In this document: positions 10,501-17,998 of the stretch, piece after piece
Layout: each line of letters opens with the position of its first letter
Position numbering within the stretch: position 1 is the stretch's first letter
NCBI GenBank assembly: GCA_012034805.1
Contig: JAAUOP010000002.1
Coordinates: 8,093 to 72,092 of the forward strand
From: Synechococcales cyanobacterium CRU_2_2
Lineage (GTDB): Bacteria > Cyanobacteriota > Cyanobacteriia > PCC-9006 > JAAUQQ01
DNA length: 64,000 nt
Reading direction: 5' to 3'
Made by a program: the position numbers and the translations under genes
The notes under the pieces: generated by a model
The model's input: only the letters and a program-made list of their open reading frames with translations
Told to the model about the DNA's origin: nothing
The model's database searches: none

Positions 10501-11121
10501 TGGATCAAACTCAGCCATAAAGGCCATAAATGAGCGATGCACCTGACGGTAGTAATGAAAATAGTCCTCCGTGCTAAACTCGCGGCGATCGCCATTGCCC
10601 AGAATCAAGCCAAATTGTTGAGGCCGCACTCCCTGCACTTGCTCTAGCAACTCGCAATAGGCACAGGCTTGCAAAACAAAGTAGGGCTTCGGATTCATGG
10701 CCAGTTTGCACTCCAGCGGTGCATAGTGCCAAGCGCCAAACCGCGATTCCCCACCCCTGGGCGAAGCCCCTCGCCCCTCCACCCGCACTAAGAAGTCCGC
10801 ATAGCCCAACCAATCGCCATGGGCCAGCGCCCCTTGGTAAATCAGGGGCTTACCCGCGTACATCGCCGCCAGCGTCGCCTGGAACCCACCTCGGCTATCA
10901 ATCTCGTAGATCTCTGCCCCCGCCTGACGCAGCGACTCCACATAGCTGCGTTCGTGCTCCTGACCCAGTTGTGTCAGCACTCGCATCATTTGATCGGGCT
11001 CTGGCTGCTCGATCGCCGGATTTTCCAGGGCACAGCGTTCCATCCAGCAGGCAAACTCGCTCTGGAGGTATTGGATTAGGTCACTGGGGGCGTAGAGCAG
11101 GCGATCGCCACGGTTCTGCAT
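7513..11121 (-). CDS. Fusion protein: RecB-like PD-(D/E)xK nuclease (TM0106 type), RNase H-like domain and SF1 (Dna2/Upf1-like) helicase
   Basis: 1202 aa. The N-terminus has GYADFL...PLECKL. The middle has VFFDLEGYP...EYLFG. The C-terminus has helicase motifs GPPGSGKT, LFVDEAGQ, LIGDPMQL, SYRM, KFQGQEA and VAVSRAQ. Confidence 0.85.
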   Translation of the reverse strand: MQNRGDRLLYAPSDLIQYLQSEFACWMERCALENPAIEQPEPDQMMRVLTQLGQEHERSYVESLRQAGAEIYEIDSRGGFQATLAAMYAGKPLIYQGALAHGDWLGYADFLVRVEGRGASPRGGESRFGAWHYAPLECKLAMNPKPYFVLQACAYCELLEQVQGVRPQQFGLILGNGDRREFSTEDYFHYYRQVHRSFMAFMAEFDPQRRPLPRSTDHGIWQTLAEQVLVEVDHLSLVANITQNQIKKLEAAGITSLGALAIADPQQRIAKLDRKTYQKLLRQARLQSSCQSDCPAYEILLPPADKPHSGLAMLPPASALDVFFDLEGYPLADGGMGLEYLFGATYLNETIHEPVDESTDEQTTQVLKFKDWWAHDDTMEKRAFEGFMDWIWERWQRDPAMHVYHYAPYETTALKRLMGRYGTREEELDSMLRGGVFVDLYRVVTQGLCVGTPSYSIKSLEQFYWRKREGEVKNAQASVVQYFQWHIQGHVQGQQQRDGNTPEDSAILREIRDYNRDDCDSTQALADWLRSLQTLAGISYVPPSTAETTPETIPETTPETRADLPEFASQHRQLKEPSPAAQLALALLEQPSSETSAQSSAQSPAQSLGWASRSLLAHLLQFHRREAKPFWWQRFTWLVADETDLLDELDCLVGLERTDRLPFRPTPRSKSWAYEYRFDPSQETRLRSKTTCWFFPSRIELKECTLTELDLDQGLAVLTISDQRLTTARAESPNWEPSARLNLMDVTVIPTGKIADAILETVQQWQATGELQPALADFLERRSPRITGHTPGPILAEGEELVSGTLRAIAQLDHSTLCIQGPPGSGKTFTAAQIILNLLQQGKTIAVSANSHDVILNLLGRVQGHRRLKIAKIGGQSEAVERYPGVDYKDKITEALPPDYRLVGATVFQLCRQEAIAQFDYLFVDEAGQVALANLIALARCAHNLVLIGDPMQLEQPIQGSHPGESGQSALGYLLQGRATIPANLGIFLNTSYRMEPRICRFISESIYEGRLGHPPETRHHRLLLEKPLKGKHWKLSQASGIAFLSVEHWGNGQASDEEVTVIAELIEQLLGIAYVSDRGKTQGELGPDDILVVAPYNLQVRRLRERLGEAPPQARIGTVDKFQGQEAPVVIISLCASTTDDAPRGIEFLLNRNRLNVAVSRAQCLAIVVASPALATATCTSLEQMMQVNLLCKLMNLGRSP

Positions 11122-11427
11122 GGGAGAAGCGACGGAGAGGGCAATACTTTTGTTCTGTTTATTTTCTCACGTGAGCGTAAAATCTGTTTTTTTTGAGGGG
11201 CTGCTCTGGGGGCCGCTGTTGAGGACGAGCACAGGCGGTTTGATTCAAGCTTCTCGCGAGCATGTTGATTTCCTAAGAATGTTTGCCAGATTACGGAATT
11301 ACCCGTCCATTCCTCGAAAACTCGTTCAAGATGGGCACAATAAGGGTCATAGGCTCAGCTTGTGCCCCAGTCCTGTTCCGACCGTGCTCCAAAAGCCCTT
11401 GAACCCTCAGGGAAACCGTCTGATCTA

Positions 11428-13143
11428 ATGCTTTTTTCCGCCGCCACTTCGCTTCGGTTCTGGGTGTCGCGATCGCCTGCCCTTGGGCGATCGCGACAGC
11501 TCTTGGTCTCCTGCGGCCTCAGCCTCGCCGCCACCGTGGCCGCTATCCCCGCCCTCGGGGCTGAGGTCATGACCATCGCCTATGGCCCACTGGAGGTGTC
11601 TGTCCCCCTGGCCGAACTCGAAAACTACGCCCGCACCGGCAAACTGACCGGGGAGCTATCCCGCTACCGGGGGTTGCTGTCGCCTGAGCAACAGGCCGAT
11701 TTGCGCCAAGCCCTCAATCAGCGGGTGGACATGAGTCCGACGCTCGTGTCTCAAATTGCCTACTCCAAAACCGGAGATGCGGTGCTCAAACGCCTGGGAG
11801 CCTTCATTAAAAGCAAGGATGCCAGCAACGGTCTCACGGCACTGCGGGCGACGGTGGTACAAGCGGCGGCCTCCAGCGAAGGCCTGACGCTGCTGAATCT
11901 GATGCGCAAGTTTCCGACCCGCGAGATCCAGGTGGATGTGGCCTCGGGGGTGAAATTGGCCACGGAAGTGACAACGCTGCTGGCCCAGGGCGATCGCATG
12001 GTGTTGGCCGTGGAAGCCGAAGCCCAGCGCGAAATGTCCCAGGACGCCCCGGTGCAGAGCCTAGCGGATTTGCGCCAAAGTGGCCCCTACCGCTGGGACA
12101 CCTACCGTCTCGATCTCAAGGATGAACGCACCCTCGGTGACTTCGCCCGCAACCGCCAGATTCCCCTCGATATTTACATGCCTCAGGGTCTCAAGGATGG
12201 CCCTGCCTCTGTGGTGCTGTTCTCCCACGGCATTGCCTCGGACCGCAATAGTCTGCTGTATTTGGCCAAGCATTTGGCCTCCCACGGGATTGCGATCGCC
12301 GTTCCCGAACATGTCGGCAGCAACGATGCCAAGTTTCAGCAGTTTTTTGACGGCGTCGGCGACCCCCCAGAGCCCCGTGAAGCGATCGATCGCCCACTTG
12401 ATCTCAGCTTTGTCCTAGACCATCTCACCCAGTTAGCGCAAACAGACAGTCGCTTTCGGGGCAAAATTAACCTCGACCAAGTCACGGCGATCGGCCAATC
12501 CTTTGGCGGTTACACGGTCTTGGCCCTAGGCGGCGCGGAACTCAACTTCTCTTCGCTCAACCAAGCCTGCGTGGCGGGTGAACCCCGTTCATTTCTCAAC
12601 ATTTCGCTGTTGCTCCAGTGCCGCATTGCCGAACTCAAGGGCGTTCCGGTCACGCTGGCGGATCCTCGGGTTAAGGCGGTGATGGCGATTAATCCGCTGA
12701 CTAGTCAAGTCTTTAGCCAAGCTGGCCTCGAAAAAGTTGCTGTACCCACCCTTGTAGTTGCTAGCAGTGGCGATTTCATTGTGCCACCCTCGGAAGAGCA
12801 ACTGCGGCCTTTTACCTGGCTGAAAGTGCCCCAGCGGTATTTAGCTGTGATGCGCAATGCCACCCATTTTTCGGTGCTTGAGCCCCCCGCCCCTGGAGAC
12901 AAGGCGCTCCCGTTGCCTGCCAACCTGGGGGGGCCAGATGTCAAGCTGACCCAGGGTTATATGGCGGCGTTGAGTGTGGCGTTTGTCAAATGCCATGGGG
13001 CTGGCGATCCGGCGTTTGAGCCCTACCTGAGTGCCTCCTATGCCCGGCGATTGAGTCAACCGGCGGTGCCGCTGAGCCTGGTTAAAAGGATCTCGGCGGA
13101 TGAGCTTGAGCGCGCGGCGAAGGCCGTGGCCGGTTCGGACTAG
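11428..13143 (+). CDS. Secreted alpha/beta hydrolase with an N-terminal DUF1400-like domain
   Basis: Signal-like N-terminus, nucleophile elbow GQSFGG and an HG oxyanion motif (LFSHGIAS). ATG at 11428 is preferred over 11362. Confidence 0.7.
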   Translation: MLFSAATSLRFWVSRSPALGRSRQLLVSCGLSLAATVAAIPALGAEVMTIAYGPLEVSVPLAELENYARTGKLTGELSRYRGLLSPEQQADLRQALNQRVDMSPTLVSQIAYSKTGDAVLKRLGAFIKSKDASNGLTALRATVVQAAASSEGLTLLNLMRKFPTREIQVDVASGVKLATEVTTLLAQGDRMVLAVEAEAQREMSQDAPVQSLADLRQSGPYRWDTYRLDLKDERTLGDFARNRQIPLDIYMPQGLKDGPASVVLFSHGIASDRNSLLYLAKHLASHGIAIAVPEHVGSNDAKFQQFFDGVGDPPEPREAIDRPLDLSFVLDHLTQLAQTDSRFRGKINLDQVTAIGQSFGGYTVLALGGAELNFSSLNQACVAGEPRSFLNISLLLQCRIAELKGVPVTLADPRVKAVMAINPLTSQVFSQAGLEKVAVPTLVVASSGDFIVPPSEEQLRPFTWLKVPQRYLAVMRNATHFSVLEPPAPGDKALPLPANLGGPDVKLTQGYMAALSVAFVKCHGAGDPAFEPYLSASYARRLSQPAVPLSLVKRISADELERAAKAVAGSD

Positions 13144-13245
13144 CTAGGACTGTCTAGCTCATAATTGCGCGCCATGGCCGCTGCTCTCTTTCGATCGCCT
13201 TTGACCTTAACCTCTGTAGGTATGCCCCCAATCTAAACTCCAAAT

Positions 13246-13289
13246 CTGAGGAAGCTGTGAGGTCAGGCAGGGGATAGCAGCTTCCTCAG
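13246..13289 (+). other. Perfect 12-bp-stem hairpin (CTGAGGAAGCTG / CAGCTTCCTCAG, 20-nt loop)
   Basis: Direct reading, in the intergenic region between the hydrolase gene and pcm. No clear U-tract follows. Confidence 0.6.
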
Positions 13290-13423
13290 GTTTAGAAACT
13301 GACTGCTCACAACTTCCTCATGATCTTGGCCTAGATTTGAGGAGTTGGAGAATTGAGATCTGTGATCTAGCCTGAGATCAATGACCCAAGCTTCAGCCAT
13401 CGATACGTTAGAGGGGCGGAACC

Positions 13424-14113
13424 ATGAGTTCTCATTCTGTTCAATCTCGACAGCTCGTCCACCATTCGAATCAACACGAATTTGAGCATCAGCGGGCTGA
13501 GATGGTGAGCTGGCAGCTACAGGCTCGAGGCATCACCGACCCTGCTGTCATCCGAGCAATGTTGGAGGTTCCGCGCCATCGGTTTTTGCCCACGGACTGT
13601 CCGCATCTGGCCTATGCCGACGCGCCGTTGCCGATTGGGTCTAACCAGACGATTTCGCAGCCCTATATCGTGGCCCATATGCTGAGCGCTGCACAAATCC
13701 TGCCGAGCGATACGGTGCTAGAAGTCGGAACTGGCTCGGGCTACGCGACAGCGATTTTGAGCCGCATGGCCATGACCGTTTACAGCGTTGAGATTATCCC
13801 GGATCTGGCGAAAATGGCCCGCGAGACGTTGGGGAGATTGAACTACCGCAATCTTCACATTCAGCTAGGTGACGGTTACTGGGACTTGCCTCAACATGCT
13901 CCCTACGATCGCATTTTGGTTTGGGCCGCCGTTCCCTATGTTCCCCAGGCCCTCTTAGAGCAACTGGCCATGTATGGAAAACTGATCATTCCTGTGGGTG
14001 TGAATCATCAAGAGATTCAGGTGATTACGAAGCGACCTGAAGGGATCGAAACTCAGACCACGATCGCAGCAACGTTTGTCCCCATGGCTGTTGCTGCTCG
14101 AAAACTTCCTTAA
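13424..14113 (+). CDS. pcm: Protein-L-isoaspartate O-methyltransferase
   Basis: VPRHRFLP, QTISQPYIVAHML and the SAM motif VLEVGTGSGYATAIL. Confidence 0.92.
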   Translation: MSSHSVQSRQLVHHSNQHEFEHQRAEMVSWQLQARGITDPAVIRAMLEVPRHRFLPTDCPHLAYADAPLPIGSNQTISQPYIVAHMLSAAQILPSDTVLEVGTGSGYATAILSRMAMTVYSVEIIPDLAKMARETLGRLNYRNLHIQLGDGYWDLPQHAPYDRILVWAAVPYVPQALLEQLAMYGKLIIPVGVNHQEIQVITKRPEGIETQTTIAATFVPMAVAARKLP

Positions 14114-14210
14114 TACATGGGTGAGTCCATGGGTGCAAATCATCGGTAGTGGGTGGGACAGCATTGGTATGATGGTTTGTAGCCCAATCCGCCAGCCACG
14201 ATGTCTCGGT

Positions 14211-14807
14211 ATGTCTCTCACCGCCCGCAGGGTCGATCGCTCAGTGCCCAGCTCTCAGTCTGCCCCGACCCTACTCAAGCTATGGATTGAGGATGGGTTT
14301 TTAGGGGATCAAATGACCCTATTCCAGACGCTACGCCAGAGCATCCGTTGGGAATCCAGCATGGCGGCGCGCCGCACTGCATCCTTTGGCGTACCCTATA
14401 ACTACGCCCAAATGCGCTACCCGGCGGCTCCTATGCATCCCGCTCTGGTACCCGTCGTCGACAAGCTCGATCAAACCCTAGGCGTGCGGTTCAACAATTG
14501 TCTGCTCAACTTTTACGAAACAGAGAGAAGTAAAATGGGCTTCCATGCAGACGACACCACCGACTTGCAACCTGGCACAGGAGTCGCGATCGTCTCTTTG
14601 GGGCATCCTCGAAAGATCACCTATCGCAGCAAAGCGGATCAATCGCTCCAGCGATCGTTTACGTTGTCACCTGGCTCAATGCTGTACATGGGTTCGGAGA
14701 TACAGGACGAATGGGTTCATGCGATTAAGAAACAAAAAGGTGTTGGGCCACGCATTAGCCTGACCTGGCGAGCCTTTAGAGCTGTTGAAAGCGAGAAGGG
14801 AAAATGA
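14211..14807 (+). CDS. AlkB-like Fe(II)/2-oxoglutarate dioxygenase
   Basis: NNCLLNFYE...MGFHADD (H-x-D), WVHAI and RISLTWR. The start at 14211 is chosen to avoid overlap with pcm. The ORF track starts at 14076. Confidence 0.75.
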   Translation: MSLTARRVDRSVPSSQSAPTLLKLWIEDGFLGDQMTLFQTLRQSIRWESSMAARRTASFGVPYNYAQMRYPAAPMHPALVPVVDKLDQTLGVRFNNCLLNFYETERSKMGFHADDTTDLQPGTGVAIVSLGHPRKITYRSKADQSLQRSFTLSPGSMLYMGSEIQDEWVHAIKKQKGVGPRISLTWRAFRAVESEKGK

Positions 14808-15394
14808 GCCCAGAATAACGAGCCCGAAATGCAATGCAAGATTCTCGAGTTGCCGGGGAAAGAACCTGCAGCAACGTCACTACTTCGATCGCGCTCCAAT
14901 GGTGAGACTTCCGAGAAAGAACATGAAGTTCGAGCTATTCTTGAAGCTTATGTAAATGCTCTATTGACTGTGTAAATAATATTGCATACAGGCGTTAGTC
15001 TATTCTGGCAGCTACCTGCTCATCATTAGCATTTGAGCATCATCGGACTTGAACCCTACAAGCTGCATTACAGCGGGGCAATCCGCCATCACTGGTCACC
15101 CTGGGGGTTCAAGCTTTAACGGTCTGAACATGCGCATTCAACTGCCAGATTATTTAATCGATGGTTTTGGACGTGTGATTGCAACCATACGCCCAAGATC
15201 CAGGCCGTGGGCTCAAGACCTCCAAATCACGAGAGCGACACCGCAATAGCGCAATTATTAATCCGACTCGCCATGTTGTCACCGTGGCGAGCGGGTTGCC
15301 TGCGCTAGCACTGGAGTTGACCCTGAGACTCTAGCGGTCGTTTCCGTCATGGTGACAATCTCCCTTCAAAAAATTCACTTTCAATCATCGCTGT

Positions 15395-16504
15395 ATGCAG
15401 ATATTCAAACCTTTTCTGGATTTATTTAACTATGTCATTGTTCTTCTTTGTGTTCCCTTAAAATATCTGCCAAGCACATATCCATTCTTACCAAAACGAC
15501 TTCGTGCCTTTGTCGAGTCTTGGGATTTAGAGATGATAAACGCCTATATCAATTCCTACGGTAAAAAGATTTACATGGATCAAAGAGCATCCTTCATCCA
15601 CCCTGAGAACTATCGTCCTTTAGTTCAAAGTTCTCCGGAATATCATCTCAGCGAAGCTGATATTCGTGGATTTTACGAAAATGGCTTCATTGGCCCTTTT
15701 ACGATTTGCTCTCCAGAAGAAATGGTAACACTCAGAGAGGAAATTGATCTTCAAATCAGAACCCCTTCCGATGTGTATGACCACCCCTGTGGGCGCGATC
15801 GTCATCTAGATTGTGAGGCTGTTCAAAGTCTCGTTACACGACCTCAATTGACCGAAAGATTGGCTCAAATCCTTGGCCCTGACCTAGCCATGTGGCGCTC
15901 AGGTATTTTTCGCAAAGAGTCTGGCGCACCCGAAACAGCCTGGCATCAGGCCAATACATATCTGATGGAAGAAGGCTACAAGCCAACACTGTTTCCACCA
16001 AATCTTGATCGACTGTTTCAGCTCACGACCTGGATCGCTTTGGACGACGTTGATCTTGAAAATGGTTGTCTTCAGTTTGTACCTGGAAGCCATCATCAGA
16101 TTAATAAAATGCTTGTGGGTGGAAAAGGTGCTGAGGGCTTTGCGAATGTTCAGGTTAAGATAGATGCTGAAATCGATCCTAAAACTGTCTATAGCGCTGA
16201 AATGAAAGCTGGACAATGCATCATTTTTACAGAACGCGTTATTCATGGTGCCCAGGCGAATCTGTCCAATCGCCGTCGCTGGGGCATGACATTCCGAACA
16301 GTACAGCCCAGCGTCAAAGTGTATGATGATGAAATGGTTCATAACGTCAAGTATCTGAAGAAGCGGTATGACACTGGCAAATGGGGAATCTTGATGCTGC
16401 GTGGCCAAGATAAGTTTGGCGTGAATCCCCACTACTTAAAGCCTGCTACCAATCGCAATGCGAATCAATCCGAGGCTGCTGCTGTTCCTGTGCTTTGGAA
16501 TTAG
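15395..16504 (+). CDS. SyrB2/CmaB/BarB-type non-haem Fe(II)/2-oxoglutarate halogenase candidate (PhyH superfamily, H-x-A motif)
   Basis: NGFIGPF..SPEEM, DRHLD, ILGPD, WHQANTY (His184, Ala186), NGCLQFVPGSH and MKAGQCIIF...VIHGA are colinear with SyrB2 as I remember it. The start is uncertain (ATG at 15395, or internal Met47/Met61). Confidence 0.7.
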   Translation: MQIFKPFLDLFNYVIVLLCVPLKYLPSTYPFLPKRLRAFVESWDLEMINAYINSYGKKIYMDQRASFIHPENYRPLVQSSPEYHLSEADIRGFYENGFIGPFTICSPEEMVTLREEIDLQIRTPSDVYDHPCGRDRHLDCEAVQSLVTRPQLTERLAQILGPDLAMWRSGIFRKESGAPETAWHQANTYLMEEGYKPTLFPPNLDRLFQLTTWIALDDVDLENGCLQFVPGSHHQINKMLVGGKGAEGFANVQVKIDAEIDPKTVYSAEMKAGQCIIFTERVIHGAQANLSNRRRWGMTFRTVQPSVKVYDDEMVHNVKYLKKRYDTGKWGILMLRGQDKFGVNPHYLKPATNRNANQSEAAAVPVLWN

Positions 16505-16595
16505 TACCTCGCGATTAGCGACTCGGAATTTGCGCTGCGAGATTGGTGCCTCGAAGTGTCGAAAGATATGCTGCTGTGAACCGACGTGCCGAGGA

Positions 16596-17309
16596 CTATT
16601 CTGAAGGTGCGTCGGCAGACTCTAGGGGCAACACGCAGAACGCTCCGGGTTGCAAATTTCCTAACTCAAAATCACCAATGCGGCTGCGGTGTAGAGCCAA
16701 CACCTCATAATTGAAATGCTTAAACATGCGTCGCACTTGCCGGTATCGGCCTTCGTACAGGGTCAAACTTGCCTTGTGTTCAGTCACAAACACGAGCTCC
16801 GCTGGTAAACAGGGCTTCTCCTCACCCTCTAATACAATGTCGCCCTTGGCAAACCGCTTAATCAACGACGATCGCAGCGGTGCATCCACCGTTACCTCGT
16901 AGACCTTGGGCTTGCGGTAGCGCGGTGATGTCCAGCGATGCACCACCTCGCCCAAATCGGTCACCAAGATCAAGCCGCTGGTTTCCTTGTCGAGCCGTCC
17001 CACCGTCGTGGGCTGCGGATTGCGCGCCATCCACAATTCTGGCAACAGCTCGTAGATATTCTCACCGGGGGGAGCCGTGTGGGAGCAAACATATCCCAGG
17101 GGCTTGTGCAACATCAAGAACAAGCCTTCTGGGTGATCAATCGTTTGTTCGTCGATTAGGAGCGCTTGGGGGTCAACTTTCAAGGCTGGGTTTTTGACCA
17201 CAGAACCATCGACCAGGGTGACTCGTCCCTGGCGCAGCCAAGCTTTCGATTCCCGGCGGCTGCAATAGCCGTAGCGGGACAGGGTTTGTTCAACTCGTTT
17301 TGGTTTCAA
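16596..17309 (-). CDS. rsuA: Pseudouridine synthase, RsuA/RluB family, with an S4 domain
   Basis: N-terminal S4-like region (LSRYGYCSRRESKAWLRQGRVTL) and the catalytic motif GRLDKETSGLIL. Confidence 0.8.
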   Translation of the reverse strand: MKPKRVEQTLSRYGYCSRRESKAWLRQGRVTLVDGSVVKNPALKVDPQALLIDEQTIDHPEGLFLMLHKPLGYVCSHTAPPGENIYELLPELWMARNPQPTTVGRLDKETSGLILVTDLGEVVHRWTSPRYRKPKVYEVTVDAPLRSSLIKRFAKGDIVLEGEEKPCLPAELVFVTEHKASLTLYEGRYRQVRRMFKHFNYEVLALHRSRIGDFELGNLQPGAFCVLPLESADAPSE

Positions 17310-17320
17310 ACTACGTTCCT

Positions 17321-17998
17321 TCAGACTTCTTCGGTTGGGCTACCAGGTGAAGCTCCAGAGGATGAAGCTCCAGTCGATTGAGATTGCCACAGCTTAGGTA
17401 AAATCAAACCTGAACGATCGCGGTAAGCCCCAAACTCAGGATAGCGCGAGAGGGACTGGTCTTTTTTGCGCATGTTGGGAACGAAAATTGCTGCGACAAA
17501 CAGGCCCAACACGATCGCCGGAATCCAGTGCCAGGAAAGCAACACAAAGCTAGCATAAATCAAAACTTCGCCAAGATAGTTGGTATTGCGACAGCGGGCG
17601 AAGAAGCCTTCGGTGATCAAGCCGGGCTGGTATTTGAGCGTGTAGTACTTTTGGGCATCGCTGGTGTAGTGCAGAAACACGCCCAAAACATTGAGGCCGA
17701 CAGCGGCAGCGATCGCCCCCGTCGGCACCGCCACACCACTGCGAATCAACAGCCAGGGTGCAACCCAATAGGATGCCAAAGCCACAAAGGTGACGATTCC
17801 CATGGGCAGGGATACCTTTGTTTCCCACTGTTTGTCAGGGTAGATACGATCTTTGAGCAACCACAAGAACCCGTAGGTGCCGTGGAGGGCGAGGTAAATC
17901 CAGGGGGCGATTGCAAAGTTTTGATAGGCAACCATCAAGCCCAAGACCACAATAGCCGTTAGGCCCTTGTGCAAATTAATCGCGTGTTTGATTTTCAT
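17321..17998 (-). CDS. Membrane protein of the DUF1295 / steroid-5-alpha-reductase / ICMT-like methyltransferase fold
   Basis: Polytopic, with the C-terminal motif RNTNYLGEVLIY. Its ATG overlaps the upstream stop (ATGA at 17995-17998). Confidence 0.65.
   Translation of the reverse strand: MKIKHAINLHKGLTAIVVLGLMVAYQNFAIAPWIYLALHGTYGFLWLLKDRIYPDKQWETKVSLPMGIVTFVALASYWVAPWLLIRSGVAVPTGAIAAAVGLNVLGVFLHYTSDAQKYYTLKYQPGLITEGFFARCRNTNYLGEVLIYASFVLLSWHWIPAIVLGLFVAAIFVPNMRKKDQSLSRYPEFGAYRDRSGLILPKLWQSQSTGASSSGASPGSPTEEV

Noticed and set aside
14076-14210. Upstream extension of the AlkB-like ORF overlapping pcm by 38 nt
   Set aside because: The extension (MSPWLLLLENFLNTWVSPW...) is not family-like. 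The AlkB core begins well downstream, so I chose the ATG at 14211.
15049-15249. 66-aa ORF in the AT-rich gap upstream of the halogenase-like gene
   Set aside because: It has no ribosome-binding site, no recognisable family and atypical composition. It may be a degraded remnant, but I cannot support it as a gene.
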